Positions 26,421 to 40,414 of a stretch of DNA of 64,000 nucleotides are shown piece by piece. Each line of letters opens with the position of its first letter. Position 1 is the first letter of the stretch. The notes under the pieces were generated by a model. The model was not told the origin of the DNA, searched no databases, and was given only the letters and a program-made list of their open reading frames with translations. The stretch comes from Vicugna vicugna (taxonomy: Eukaryota): positions 6,182,716 through 6,246,715 of the forward strand of contig MU058337.1 in NCBI GenBank assembly GCA_013265495.1, in the 5' to 3' direction. The position numbers and the translations under genes are program-made.

Positions 26421-29036
26421 TATTGTAGAGTAAATTTTAAGATCCTGTAACAATTTTACTATTTTTCTTCAGGAATGTCTTGGATATTCTTGGATCTTTG
26501 CTCTTCCATATCAATTATAGATTCAGCTTCCCAAATTCAAAGAGAAAAACTCTTGTTGGAGAATTGGAATTTCAATGACTCTTAGGGCAGAATTAATATT
26601 CTTATAATATTGAATCTTGCCTATCCACTTAAAAATAACTCTGCATTTATTTAGATCTCTTGAATAAACTTTTTTTTACATTTTTCTAAGGTATTTCATA
26701 ATTTTTGGTGTTGTAATAAATGAAATTTTTAAAAAATTATGTTTCTAGATTTTTTCCTGGTGTTAAACTGTAATTGAGTTTTTAATAGTGCTTTTGTATC
26801 CAGTGACCTCGATAAACATTCTTATTTATCCTGATAACTCATCTGTTGGTTATTTAGCTTTTCTACATTGACAAGCATATCATTTGTAAAAATGGTTTCT
26901 TCTTTGCAAATGTTATACCTTCTTTTTCTTCTCACATTACTTGAGAATAATCCATAATAAAAAATCTGAATAGAAATGACGATTTGGGGCATTTCTCTCT
27001 TGGTCCTAATATAAAAGAAATGTTATTAACATTTCACAATTAAGTATATTTGTTTTTTTAGAGATAGCCTTTATCAGGTTATGGGAGTTCCTTTACATTC
27101 CTAGTTTGTTAAGAGTGTTTTTACTTTTCTGCATTTATTAAGATGGTCATATGGTTTTTATCCTTTGTTCTCTTAATCTAGTAAATTACATATATTAATT
27201 GTAATAAATTGATTTTTTAATGTTAAACTAATGTGCATTTCTGGGATGAATCCAGTTTGGTCATGATGGATTTATCATTTTTATTCATCACTGGATTCAG
27301 TTTGCTTAGATTTTACTTAGGATTTATGAATGAGATGATTCTATAAATTTCTTTTCTTGTCTATATTAGTTTTTGGTGTTGTCCTAATTAATCTCTCATA
27401 AAGAAAAATGAGAATTTCAAAGATAAAGAATTGTTCCTGACAGTGACAACAGATAAGACCCCATATATTAGAATAATTACTCTCACCATCTTCATATTCC
27501 CCCTTTCTTATTACCGCTACTCTTTTATTGACAAAAACATAAAAGAATAATGATATACACTATGTCACATCTTTTTCTTCAAGTTTTCATATTCTGTAGA
27601 AATTGAGCAAATACAGGAAAAAACGTAAATAATGATCGATAGAATTAATTTCTTAAATTCTAATTTCTAATCAAACTATCAACCTGAAACCCTTTGCCTA
27701 CTAATAAGAAGACAAAAAATGTGTTATACTTCAGAAACAAATCATGTTCTATAATTTTCCACTGAATTCTTTGGGATTGTTTCTTAATGCCATGTCATGC
27801 CAACAGTTGCTATGTTATCCTAGTTAGAAAGATATGTTAGTGAATAAGCATAAAAAATAATTTTAAGAAATATTGATAGGAAAACATTCAAAATAAAGGC
27901 AAAGACCTATGTATTTTCCTGCTTTCTCCCAAAGTGTAACTACAGCTACTGAATGCACTCATGGACTAGCTCCAAGGTACAGGAGAGGAAAGCTGGACTT
28001 GCAGTGATTCCATATTTGTTAAGTGCAAACAAAGTTGTTGACTCAGTTCTCAAGAGGGAAGGGCAAAGTCCTTGGCCTCAGAGTTCAAAACCTAAAACAG
28101 GCAAGTGCTGTATAAGCTATTTAATGAGAATTTGAATGAAAATAAGATAATTATGAAAAAATAAGATAATTATGTTTACTCTTTTATCAATAGGAGCCTT
28201 AAAAAACTGTGTAAAAACTTTACCTCTTATTACTTTATTTTGAAATTGTGAGACATTATTTTCTGAGATTACTACTTTAAAAGTTATAAAAGCAATGTTA
28301 AATCTCTGAGTTAAAAATATACAGTGTAGTTATTTAGGCATTGGTCCTCATACTCTGGATCCTTCCACCCTGTTACATGGGTACATGATATTCCCAAGTC
28401 ATGGATTTTGCCATTTGATCTCTGATACAGCTTGAAGATATTTTAGGGCTCCAGAAGCTAGGCAGTTTTCTGAATACACTAAGTGTACATATGAAGCAGC
28501 TCAAATGCACAAGTGCTTCCATCAACAATCACTTCAAAGGTCATTAATAACTTACAGGTGTGAGAATGGAAATGCCCTCTGCACTCCCCTGCCCCTTCTT
28601 GAACTCAGGTTACTTTCCCTGGGCCATTTTTGTAACACTGAATTCTTAACTTGATATTTCTTTTTCTCCATTTTTTCTTCCCTGGCTTTGGGGCTTTCAA
28701 GATGGCATTCCAAAATCTTCTAGGTAATACAAACGCAGACAAAAATGCTTCAGTGTGTTAATTCTAGGGGGTTTTTTTTCCATCTTTATTTTACTCATTT
28801 ATTGAGAGTAGAGGAAAGCAATTTAAATCCTTCTTAGAAGATACCTATAAAGAAATGGAAAGGCAGAACAGGTGAGTAGTAAAAATCTGCCTTGTTTGAA
28901 ACATGGGAAAATTCTGAGGCCTCTGTCATCTGCTTGGTTTCTACCATTGCTGACAATAGGCTTTAAAACTCTACTAGCAACTCTGAAAAGGTCAATGAAC
29001 TGTGTGAGAGAGAGAAGCTTAATTATACATCTAAAT

Positions 29037-29250
29037 CAAAGTTTCTCAACAGTGGAACTAGTCACATTCTGGGCCAGATAATTATTTGCTGGTGGGGAGG
29101 GTGCTGTCCCACGCATTGCAGGGCGCAGAGCAGCATCCTTGGCCTCCACCCACTTGATGGCAGAAGCATGTACCTCCCCCTAGTTGTCACAACCAAAAAT
29201 GTTTCCAGACATTGACAAATATCCTCTGAGGGGCAAGTTGAGAATCATTG
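29037..29250 (-). mobile_element. MER20 (hAT-Charlie)
   Basis: Terminal repeats caaagtttctcaac / gttgagaatcattg; internal gttgtcacaaccaaaaatgtttccagacattg; 8-bp flanks atctaaat/acctagat. Confidence 0.9.
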
Positions 29251-29844
29251 ACCTAGATGGAGATATCTTCTGATCTTGAGCCTATAAATATGAATCAACT
29301 CCACATGAGGGCAAGGCAGATAAAACAGTTACATGCATACTCACTCATTAGGTGAAGGAATATTTGCACAGTGCTGAAGTATCATTCCACAGATCTACAA
29401 TGGAAAAATGACAGAACTAGCAATCACCATCTTAATCAAGTGACTAAATGTAGCAGCACTAATAATGGAACAAATTGACATATATATCAACCTAAGTCTA
29501 ATCAAGCCTCTAGACTGACTCACATTGAGTTTACAGAAAAGAGATAGAACAGGTTAAGTGACATCATTAGGAAACAATCAAACAGAATGAGGGACATACT
29601 GTAAGAAAAATAGCCTGGACCTTTTAAAAGGTATTGTAATAAAAAGAAAGTTAAAAGTGAGGGACTACTCTAGATCAAAAAACTAAAGAGACATAACAAT
29701 GTGGAAACTTTGACTATACCTTTTTTTAAGCTATAAAAGACATTTGTTGAAAAATTGGAGGAATGTGAGTATTAACTGAATAGTAGATGATATCTAAGTA
29801 GTAACAAAGGTATTATATTTATATTGGAGAATGTCTTAATTCTT

Positions 29845-29970
29845 TTGTGGGGGGGCAAGAAGGGAAGTAATTAGGTTTTTATTTATTTTTTAATAAAGAC
29901 ACTGGAGATTAAACCCAGGACCTTGTGCATACTAGGCACAAACTCTACCACTGAGCTACACCCTCCCCCC
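29845..29970 (-). mobile_element. tRNA-derived SINE (vic-1-like)
   Basis: Reverse-strand copy; TSD agaatgtcYtaattctt at 29828-29844 and 29972-29988. Confidence 0.92.
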
Positions 29971-30938
29971 AAGAATGTCCTAATTCTTAGCAGGTGCATG
30001 CTGATGCTTTAGGAGTGAAATTTCACAATGTCAAATAGTTCAGCCAAATATGTTTAAAAAGTTTCAAAATAAAAGATTAAGGGAAAACAAAAGATAAAAG
30101 CAGGGTTTTCCAGACAGGGCTAAACTAAAAACTAAAGTAAACGTAAAACTATCTCTTAGATAAAGTTTGCATCTGAGATCTTTCACACTAATACCAAACC
30201 CTGAGCACTCAAGTGCTTTCATATGGCTCTTTAGTTGCCCAAGGACTCGCTCCTAGAACATACTGTGGCCCAAGATTCTGACATTACCCAATCCCCTTAC
30301 TTCCTTGACTCAGAACTTTCCTGAGTATTCCATGAAACTAATGAGTAAAACTTCAGATTCTAAAGCAAATTAAATTATAAATCGATAATTATCTGAGTAA
30401 CCTAGATAATTAACAAAGAACCACTGAACATAACCCCTTAATTCAAGGACTCAGATTAGAAACTTCTGCTTCATGAGGTCTTATTTTTACTATATACGTC
30501 CTGATTCAAAAATCAAAATAGTATAAAAAATATTCACTGAGAAGTCTCAGCTACTTCTCCAGTCCCCCTCAACTGCTTTTATTCATTTTTTGCGTTTTAA
30601 TCCAGTATTTCTTTATGCAACACAAGCAAAACATATTTCTCCTTATATAAAAGGTAGAATAACATATAAACTTTTCAGCTCTTTGCTTTTTTCATTTTTC
30701 AACATATCCTAGAAATCTCTCTATAAGTATCAATACATTGAGATCTTCTTCATTCTCTTTTATATCTGCATTATGTTGTATTTTGTGAATATACCATTGT
30801 TTACTTAACCAGTCCCCTATAACCAGACACTTGCATTACTTCCAATCTTTGGCTATTTACTAAAAGCAACAATATCCTGATATATTCATATGTATTTATA
30901 GGATAGATTTTTAGAAGTGGAAATGCTAAGTCAAAAGT

Positions 30939-31368
30939 TGTCGTAGACAGAACAGAGGACTTCCCAAAGATGCAGACGTCCTAATCCCAGGAAACTGAAT
31001 ATGTTATCTTACATTCAAAAGGAACTCTACAAATATGATTAAATTAAGGGCTCCTTACTGCCACCCTGGATGAGCTGGATGCAATCACAGGGGTCCTTAT
31101 ATGAGGAAGCCAGGTCAGGGAACAGAGAAGATACTACACTACTGCCTCTGAAGAGGAGAAAGGGGCCGTGAACCCAGAAATGTAGATGACCTCTAGAAAT
31201 GAGAAAAGGACAAGGAAACAAATACTCTTCTAGAGTCTCCAGAAAGAATGCAGCCCTATAGACCCATTTTACATTTATGACCTCAGAATTGTAAAATAAT
31301 AAATTTGGGTTGTTTTAAGCAACTAAGTTTGTGGTATTTTGTAACAGTAGCAATAGGAAACTAATACA
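30939..31368 (+). mobile_element. MaLR LTR (MLT1C/D-like)
   Basis: cccaaagatg..cctaatcccagg..ctagagtctccagaaagaatgcagccct..gcaataggaaactaataca. Confidence 0.85.
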
Positions 31369-31869
31369 AAGGGTAAATACAATATAAATTTTCTATATAT
31401 TGCCAAATCCCCTGCATAAAGTTTGTACCTTTTTGTACTTCTACCAGCAATGTGCCTATTGTTCCATCACCTCTCCAACAAAAGATGTTATCATACTTTT
31501 GAATTTTTGCCCAGAAAAATGATTTATCTCACTAGAGTTTTAAGTCCCCAGTGAGGCTGAACATCCTTTCACATATTTAAATGATTTATTTTGCTAAAAC
31601 TATCTGTTAAAATATTTTCTACATTTTTCTCCTGGGTTGTTACTTTGTTTTTGATTTATTTCTAAAAACTCTTTATATTTTATGGATCTGACCTCTTTAT
31701 AATATGAATTACAAATATTTTCCCACTTGATCATTTGTCTTTTTACATTGCTTGTGGCATTTATTGTCATGCATAAGTTTTTATTATTTGTATTATTTTT
31801 ACTTAATGTTTAGATGAGTTTTCTTCATATATGGTTTACATATTCAAAAGATTTTAGCATGACCTGTTT

Positions 31870-32060
31870 TATTTATTTATTTTTTCATTCAACAAGTATT
31901 TATTGAACATCTGTTTTGTGCAAGCCCCATTCTAGGCATTTGCAATACAGCATTGAACAAAACAGACACAGAGCCCTGCATTTGTGGAGCATGTATTCAA
32001 GGGATGAGACTCAGACAATGAGCTATGAACATGATAAACAGTAAAGTATAAGGGATGTTA
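31870..32060 (-). mobile_element. L2 3' end
   Basis: ttcattcaacaagtatttattgaacatctg..ctaggc..tacagcattgaacaaaacagac. Confidence 0.8.
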
Positions 32061-32364
32061 GGGGTAATGGAAGCCAAGTCTTTGAAAGAGCCTATCTTTC
32101 CCAAAGCATGCACTATCCTAAATACAATATTCTAGGATGACCTGTTTCAGAATGTCAGTAATTCAGTATGATTGCTTCCTAATCACAAGGGCCAAGCGTA
32201 GTGGTTGACTTGTTTTCCTTTCTTATTTCTGCATAAACACTCTAAAGGGAGGAAAATACCAGTGTAAGAAATACACAGATGTCAAAGGATAATTCCAAGG
32301 AATTTTACACAACTTTTAGCAAAGCTTTGTTGCTTTACTTAAATTCATTAAAATAAAAGAATTT

Positions 32365-32507
32365 GGGGGAAGGGTATAGCTCAAGTGGTAGAGCCCATGC
32401 TTAGCACGCACGAGGGCCTGGGTTCAATCCCCAGTACCTTCTCCAAACATAAATAAATGAATAAACCTAATTACCTCCCCCTCATAAAAACAAAATAAAA
32501 TTAAAAA
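32365..32507 (+). mobile_element. tRNA-derived SINE (vic-1-like)
   Basis: TAGCTCAAGTGG..GGTTCAATCC; TSD aaaagaattt at 32355-32364 and 32508-32517. Confidence 0.92.
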
Positions 32508-33449
32508 AAAAGAATTTTAAAATCCATAAATTTGCTAAGAGAATTACAAAGTATTACATGAGTACATTTTTTAACCCCAAATATATCTTTCTGAATTTTA
32601 TGTTTGAGGAAGTTTATCCCTGTATTTTTAGCAAGATAGTCTTTCTCTTAATTAAAATGAATTAAGAACCACTTCTGGACCACAATGAGGCAACAACATT
32701 TAACTGACTTACTACTAATTATGATAGAAATTTAAGCAACTCAAAATATGGAAGCTATATAACTTAGATAATTTTGCAAAAAACTATTTTAAGTTTTTTA
32801 CAATTTAAACATTGTTGGAGACAGGAAAATATCATGTTTACTTTTTATACTATGCTGCTTTTAAGTTTAAGTTTTCGAAGGAATGTTTATATAGTCGTGG
32901 GGAATTTAATCAGCTTCAAATGCTATTTGATGATAAAGTTATATACCTACATTTTTGTTGTTCTTGGGGGTAAGCCTATGTTAGCCTTTGCACTGGGGCC
33001 TATTTTTACTACTTAGATTCTACTGAATATTGGCCACCAGGCACTGAGACCAGTAAAAGAGGGGCATGATCCACAGCATAACAAGCTGCAGTGAGCATCT
33101 CAACCAGTCTTGTGATGTCAATGGCCATAAAGTGACTTTGAAGTCTGTGACCTACCTCCTTAGCAGATGTGCACTACCAGTTACCCTCCTGATATCTCCA
33201 TTAGGATATCCCAGAAGAACTAGAATATGAATTTTAATGACCTTAAGCTGAACTCATCATCTTCTCATCCAAAACCCCCAGCTCCTTCTGAATTCTCTAT
33301 TTCAATTACCGATTATCCTTTCATCTTTGGTCTCATCGATTTTATCCTTCACTGTCCTACTTTTTCACCCTAAATTAGCTGTTAAGCACTCATTCTTTAA
33401 ATATTCCTATGAAATACATTTCAAGAACATAATAGTTTATAATTATTAT

Positions 33450-36400
33450 ATTTCTATAGTATCTTATAATCTTTCATTATTGCAAACATATAGAAAATAT
33501 CAGAAAATTAAATGATACCCCAAAGATTGTACTATTTTGCCATATTTTTTGATATCACCTTTTAAAAAAAGGAAAGAATGCTTAGATACAATTAAAGTCT
33601 TACCTCACTTGTGCCCTCTTCACCTCCACAGAAATAACCACTGTCTTAAAGTTGTCATGTGTTCTTCTCATGCCTGTTTTTGTGCTTTTACATATTCACT
33701 ATTGTTTTATGTTTTAGAAATTTATAAAAATAACATACTGCAAGTATCATTCTGAAACCTACTTTTTCATATTATGTTTGAGATCCATGTTGATCATATA
33801 GAAGCAGTTCATTCATTTTAAATGCTGTATGACGGCCCATTGTATGAATAAACCAAAATTTATGTACTTACTTTCCTGGAGTGACAGATTATCTTCACTA
33901 TTTGCTATTACAAACAGCAATGCAATGAATCCTTGAACATGTCTCCCGGTACAGATGTGAAAGAATTTCTTTAGAACAGACATTTTTGTATCAAAACTTA
34001 GCTAGAAGTTAGTCACATGGACATATCTACCTGCAAGAGAGGATGAGAAATGCAGTCTTCATTCTGGATGGCCATATCCCCAACTAAAAATTAGGGTTTC
34101 TATTGCTAAGGAAGGGAAAAACAGATACTGGTATTGCACAACCTGCAGTTGCTACCATTTTATTTCCAAATGTCTTTGAAAACTTCAAAGAGTTTATTCC
34201 ACTTTATATTTCCATCAACAAAGAGTAATAGTTCCAATCACCCCACATGTCCTCCAGTAACTAGGGCTATCAAATACTTTAATTTTTACTGATCTGATAG
34301 ATATGAAATAGTATATCCCTGTTGTTTTAATCTGCATTTCCCTGACTACCGCCGAGCATAAGCATCATTAATCATTCTAGTTTCCTATTCCTTGATATCA
34401 CTAATCATTTTCCTATCTGGTTGTCTGTTCATTTTTTATTGTAGGAGTCTATATACATCCTTGATACCACCTTGCTTTGAAAATAATTTCTACTATTCTT
34501 TGAGTATTCAATTTTTAGATGGTGTCTTTTGAGAAATGTTTAATTTTAATATAGCTATTGCAGAGACTGCTAGTTGTCCACCAAAATCCATTCTCTCTTT
34601 CTTCCACCATAACAGTGAGAGCTAGATATATGTCTACCCAGCTAAGCCACATTTCCCAGCCTCCCTTGCAGCTTGGTGATAAAGTTGCCAACAATGGAAT
34701 GTACCTGGGAGTAATGTGTGCTGCTTCTGGGTATAGGCCTTAAAATAATGGACACATGTTTGATCGCTGTCTCTTCACCTTCCTTTACACTGTTGTGTTA
34801 AATGTTAAAATCTAGAGTAACCTTGCAAGCTATATGTTGAGGATCCCAAAGCTACCCAGCTAGTCTGGGTCTCCATGATGGCACTGTGGAAGAAAGTCTA
34901 TCCACCTACTCTGAACTATGACACAGAAGAGAAATTAATTTGTCTTATTAGCCACTATATTTGGGGTTTTTTGGTTTGTTTTTTTTTTACAGATAGTTGG
35001 CCAAATATGTTTAAGAAGGATTTCTTAGATGACAAACAAATAGTAATTATTTTAGGGTGATTGCTGTTTGTGTCTAGTATAAGAAATCCCTCTTGATATC
35101 ATAAAGATATTCTCCTGTATATTTTTCTAAAAAATTTAAAGTTTTGCTTTTCAAATTCAGGCTTATACTGAAATGTTTGTGTATAGTTGAGATAAGGATT
35201 TATAGTTTTATATGAGATTGACTAATTGTTTCAGCACTGTTTATTGAATATTCTATCCCACTGATTTATAATCACCTCTGTCATACATCAAATTATCATA
35301 GATACATGACTGTCTTCTGTTCCATTGGTCTATGCTTATAACCTTGTTCCAACGTCACACTACTATAATTACTAACACTTTATATTAATTCTTGATATTT
35401 GGCTGAACAAATCCCTCATTATTTTTCAAAGTTATCTTGGTAATTCTTGACATTTTGCTCTTCCATTTAAATTTTATGATACCCATCAAATTATACACAC
35501 ACATACACAACAATTAGGATTTATAGTAGAACTACACTGAAAGCATGAACTAATACAGGAAGAAATTACATCATTACAAAATTGAATCTTCCCACCCATG
35601 AGCCTACTATATTACATACTTAAATACACTTTTATAATTTTCTCCATAAATATATTCAATATCTTTTGTTAGATATATTCCAAGGTCCCTTAGGTTTTTG
35701 GCTATTTCATATGGTATTTTTCTAAATGCATTTTCAACTTATTTGTTGTTGGCATATAGGAGTGTTGTTGGTCTTCTGTATACTGATCCTATAATCTATA
35801 ATTTTTCTGAATTCTCATTAATTTTAATGTTTTGGGTTTATTAGATTTTCTACATAGACAATCATGGTGAATAATAATAACTTTAATTTTCCTTTTTAGT
35901 CTTCATATTTTTAATTTATTTTTCTTTTCTTTTCACCCTAGATAGAATCTTTAGTAAAATGTGGAACAGAAATTCTGAGACTGGCATCTTTGTCTTGTTC
36001 CTAATTTAAGGGAAACACTTTCTGATGCTCTCTGTTAGTTTTATGGGATATTTATTATTATGTTAACAGAATTGTTTTATTATTCCTATTTATATAAATT
36101 TATATTATGAATATATTTTGAATTTTATCAAAACTTTTTCCTGAATTTTTTTAGATAATCATATTACTTTCTTCCTCTAATTTGTAAATGTGGTAAATTA
36201 TATCATTAAATTTTCTACTGTAAGACCATCCTTGAATTCCTGGAGTAAATTCTCCTTAACTCAGATTGTGGTTTTTGTAATTGTCACATTTGATCTGTTC
36301 ATGTTTTATTTAGGATTTTTGCATTATAAACATAAAGTGAAAAAGGACTATAATTTTTCTTTCTCTTACTATCTTTGTTAAAGTTTATTATGCTCATCAA

Positions 36401-36470
36401 ATGGGAAACTTTCCTTCTTTTTTTCAATTTTATTAAACAATTAGCATAAAATAGGAGTAATCTGTTCCTT
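33450..36470 (-). mobile_element. Old L1M fragments with nested MLT1J/K-like LTR pieces (~34000-34140, ~34560-35000)
   Basis: Antisense L1 motifs; ccacatttcccagcctcccttgcagct is an MLT1J-like motif. Confidence 0.6.
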
Positions 36471-36495
36471 GAAGGTTAAAAATCATTATGAAGCT

Positions 36496-36564
36496 GGTCC
36501 TGGGTTCAATCCTCAGTAATTCCTCTAAAAATAAATAAACCTAATTACCTCCTCCCCTCAAAAA

Positions 36565-36599
<35 letters not shown>

Positions 36600-36605
36600 C
36601 AAAAA
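36496..36605 (+). mobile_element. 5'-truncated vic-1-like SINE with (TAAA)n tail
   Basis: Starts at ggtcctgggttcaatcc (B box) and lacks the A box. Confidence 0.88.
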
Positions 36606-36608
36606 GTA

Positions 36609-36736
36609 GGGGGGAGGGTATATCTCAAGTGGTAGAGTGCATGCTCAGCATGCACAAGGTCATGGGTTCCATCCCCAGTACCTCCTCTAAAAATAAATAA
36701 AACTAATTACCTCCTCCCCTCAAAATAAAAAATAAA
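36609..36736 (+). mobile_element. Full-length vic-1-like SINE
   Basis: GGGGGGAGGGTATATCTCAAGTGG..GGTTCCATCC and tail. Confidence 0.9.
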
Positions 36737-38126
36737 TGTATACAACAGAATAAAGACAGTCTCTTCAGCAAATGGTGTTAATCAATGTAAATCAATGAAG
36801 CATGTAAATCAATGAAGTTAGAACACTCTCGTATACCATACACAAAAATAAACTCAAAATGGATCAAAGACTTAAACATAAGACAAAATACAATAAACCT
36901 CCTAGAAGAAAATATAGGCAAAATATTATCTCACATACATCTCAGCAATGTTCTCCTAGGGCAGTCTATCCAAGCAATAGAAATAAAAGCAAAAGTAAAC
37001 AAATGGGACTTAATTAAATTTACAAGCTTTTGCACAGCAAAGGAAACTATAAGCAAAACAAAACAACCACATACAGAATGGGAGGAAATATTTGCAAAAG
37101 ATGAGACTGACAAGGGCTTGATTTCCAGAATATATAAACAGCTCATATGACTTAATAAGAAAAAAACAAACAACCCAATCCAAAAATGGGCAGAAGATCT
37201 AAACAAGCAATTCTCCAATGAAGACATATGAATGGCGAATAGGCACATGAGAAAATGCTCAATATTGCTAATTATCAGAGAAATGCAAATCAAAACTACA
37301 ATGAGGTATCACCTCACACCAGTCAGAATGGCCATCATTGAAAAGTCTACAAATGATAAATGCTGGAGAGAGTGTGGAGTAAAGGGAACACTCCTACACT
37401 GTCAGTGAGAATGTAGTTTAGTGCAGCCATTATGGAAAATACTGTGGAGATTCCTTAAAAGACTAAACATAGACTTACCATATGATCCAGCAATCCCACT
37501 CCTGGGTATATATCCAGAGGGAAACTTAATTCAAAAAGACACCTGCACCCCAATGTTTATAGCAGCACAACATAGAAACAATCTAAATGTCCATTGACAG
37601 ATGAACTGGATAAAGAAGCTGTGTATATTTATTCAATGAACTGGATAAAGAAGCCGTGGTATATTTATTCAATGGAATACTACTCAGCCATAGAAATAAT
37701 AAAATAATGCCATTTGCAGCAACATGAATGGCCCTGGAGAATGTCATTCTCAGTGAAGTAAGCAAGAAAGAGAAAGAAAAATATGATATCACTCATATGT
37801 GGAACCTTAAAAAAAAAAAAGACAAATGAACTTATATATAAAACAGAAACAGACTGGCAGATATAGAAAACAAACTTATGGTTACCAGGGGGAAGGGGAC
37901 AGGAGGGGATAATTTGGGAATTCAAGACTTGCAGATACTGACTGGTATATATATATAATACATGAACAAGTTTATACTATATAGCACAGTGAACTATATT
38001 CAATATCTTGTAACAGCTTATGGTGAAAAAGAATATGAAAATAAATATATGCATATTCATGAATGACTGAAGCAATGTGGTGTACACCAGAAATTGACAC
38101 ATTGTAAATTGACTATACTTCAATAA

Positions 38127-38165
<39 letters not shown>

Positions 38166-38179
38166 AATACCAAAAAAAA
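36737..38179 (+). mobile_element. Relatively young 5'-truncated L1 (ORF2 C-terminus, 3'UTR, (TAAA)n/poly-A)
   Basis: ORF2 peptide [44 protein letters not shown]; artiodactyl-type 3'UTR. Confidence 0.95.
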
Positions 38180-38695
38180 AAAAATCATTATGAACCTTAA
38201 AGTTTTAAAAGTATTATCAGCCTGGTATGTCCCACTATGGAAAAATTTTAAACAAACAATTACATCTGTTTAATGGCTGCATGTTCATACAGGTCTTCTA
38301 TTTCTCCTTAAAGCAATACATCACATACAGAACACATTAGGCTCCAGTACAACATGGAGTAGATCTGTGAGAGCTGACATGCTTATCCTGTTCCCAATCT
38401 CAGGGGAAAGTATTCAATCTTCTGCTTTGAGTATTATGTTAGCTGAGGTGAGCGGGGATGTTTTTGTACATGTTTTTCTATCTAGTTGAAAAAGATGACT
38501 TTAGTTTACTGAGAGTTTTTATCATGAACTACTCATCTGTTTTCTATACCATATTATCACAGTTTTGGTAAGTTGTGTTCCCATGATGTTTTTAAACACC
38601 CTAAATTAGTCACTGTAATTATTATTTTATATATGCAATAATTTTTCAATATTCCTACATATTGATGATCAATTTCTGTATTGCACCATTTCTTT

Positions 38696-38779
38696 ATTTT
38701 TAATGGCAGTACTGGGAATTGAACCCAGGACCTCCTGCTTGCTAAGCACATGCTTTACCACCAAGCTATACCCACCCTC
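38696..38779 (-). mobile_element. Short tRNA-derived SINE lacking the CCTAATTACC tail module
   Basis: Reverse tRNA-like head; TSD accatttcttt at 38685-38695 and 38781-38791. Confidence 0.85.
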
Positions 38780-39734
38780 TACCATTTCTTTTTGTAGTCT
38801 ACTCTTTCCTTCCAGGTTTAACAGACTTCTTCCTCCTGTACCCTCCGTAATTTCCTATTATAATTACCAAAGGTAAGTGGTAAATTCCCATACTTTTTTA
38901 TCTGAATATGTTGTTATTTACTCCTCATCTTTAAATAATAGCTTAGCAGGGTATGGCATTCTGAGTTATAGTTATTTTCTTTAAGCCCTCTCAAAATATT
39001 ATTCCCTTATCTTCAAATGTCTCTTGTTAAAGTTGAGAAGTATGCTTCTAGCCTAAATGTTGCTTCTTTGTGTATAATCTTTGACAGTTTCTGATGTTAT
39101 TCTGTTCATCTGCAAACACCCTAAAACAATTTATTACATCTCTTTTAAAGCACTTGCTATACTTCATATTAGTCATTCTCCGCACTTTAGTATCCCATAC
39201 TGTGTATTATTTAGTCATTTTACATAATTGCCTCAACTTCTCTATTACAGAATAAGCTACCTGACACTGTACAAAATGCTACATATCTTTTCCTGTAAAG
39301 AAGCACCATATTCTTTTATAGAATGGGGAGTGGCACATAAAACAAACAAATAAAAAAAAGATCAAAATGCCCTATTGAGCTTAGCAGCAGAGGCTTGCCT
39401 CAACGAGTGCCTAGATATCAATTTGTTGATAATTTGCTAATGTTTTAGTATAAGTAGCAAATAAGTAAATTATCTATGCATTGACTATTCTGCTCACAAG
39501 TTATTGTTTGGTTTTCAGTAGATGGTTGCTGTTCTTATTAAAAATTGTTTAAACATCAAAAATGTATTTGTTAAGCTCAGCAAAGTGTTCATCTGCCAAT
39601 ATAGTAATTTATCAGTGTATACATAGATCTGCTTCTGAGTGACTTTATTAGGAAGGGGAAGAGTCCAACTACTTCCTTTCCTATACAATCTAAACTGTTT
39701 TCATCATGGAGCCCAAACACATTGAACAGTTGCA

Positions 39735-39875
39735 TTTTTTTTAACTTATTTTTTAATTTTTTTATTGGGGGGGTAATTAGATTTATTTATTTTAATGGAG
39801 GCACCAGGGATTGAACCCAGGACATCATGCATGCTAACTAAGTGCACACTCTACCACTGAGCTATACCCTCCCCC
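39735..39875 (-). mobile_element. tRNA-derived SINE (vic-1-like)
   Basis: Reverse copy ending gagctataccctccccc, with a T-rich tail. Confidence 0.9.
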
Positions 39876-40414
39876 TGAACAATTTTGAAAGAAACAGAAA
39901 AACAACCACCTGAAATCTATTTACATGATAGACTGAGAAGCCTCCTGAGAGTAAACTTATTATCTTCAGCAAAGAGAAGACTAGGTTGCTTGATCTTAAA
40001 ACAAAGTCTTGGTAGTTAGAGGAGACAAGTAATTTTGAATGTATCATAGTTCCTGAAACTAGGTATTATTCCTAGCTCAGACCACTGTGGATTCAAATCG
40101 AGGATCTAAGGAGACAGAGGGCTATAGATAAAAATGAAAATACTTTTTTATATTGAAACTATTGAAATAATACTTTGCAGACCATTTTGGAACCCTCTGA
40201 CAGAGTATATCACACATAATCAACAATGAATGCTGCAGGGCTTTGGCATCTCCTTATTACCAGAATATTCATCAGCAGCTGTATCCAAAAAAAGCACCCA
40301 CATGCACACAGAGATGCCTGACAAGAGGGGCAACATCCAGCAAAACTAGCAACCAGAGGGCATGAAAAAACCTACAGAAAGTAAATCCTTGGAGAATGGT
40401 TTAAAAATACTACT

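Larger units (their letters stand above)
24480..27380 (-). mobile_element. Old L1ME-like element (hosts the MLT1A and a SINE)
   Basis: T-rich antisense L1 motifs (tttgcatttccc, attcctagtttg, tttggtcatgatg). Confidence 0.7.

Noticed and set aside
5521..39875. tRNA-like sequences as genuine tRNA genes
   Set aside because: Diverged stems, shared non-tRNA tails and TSDs identify them as SINEs.
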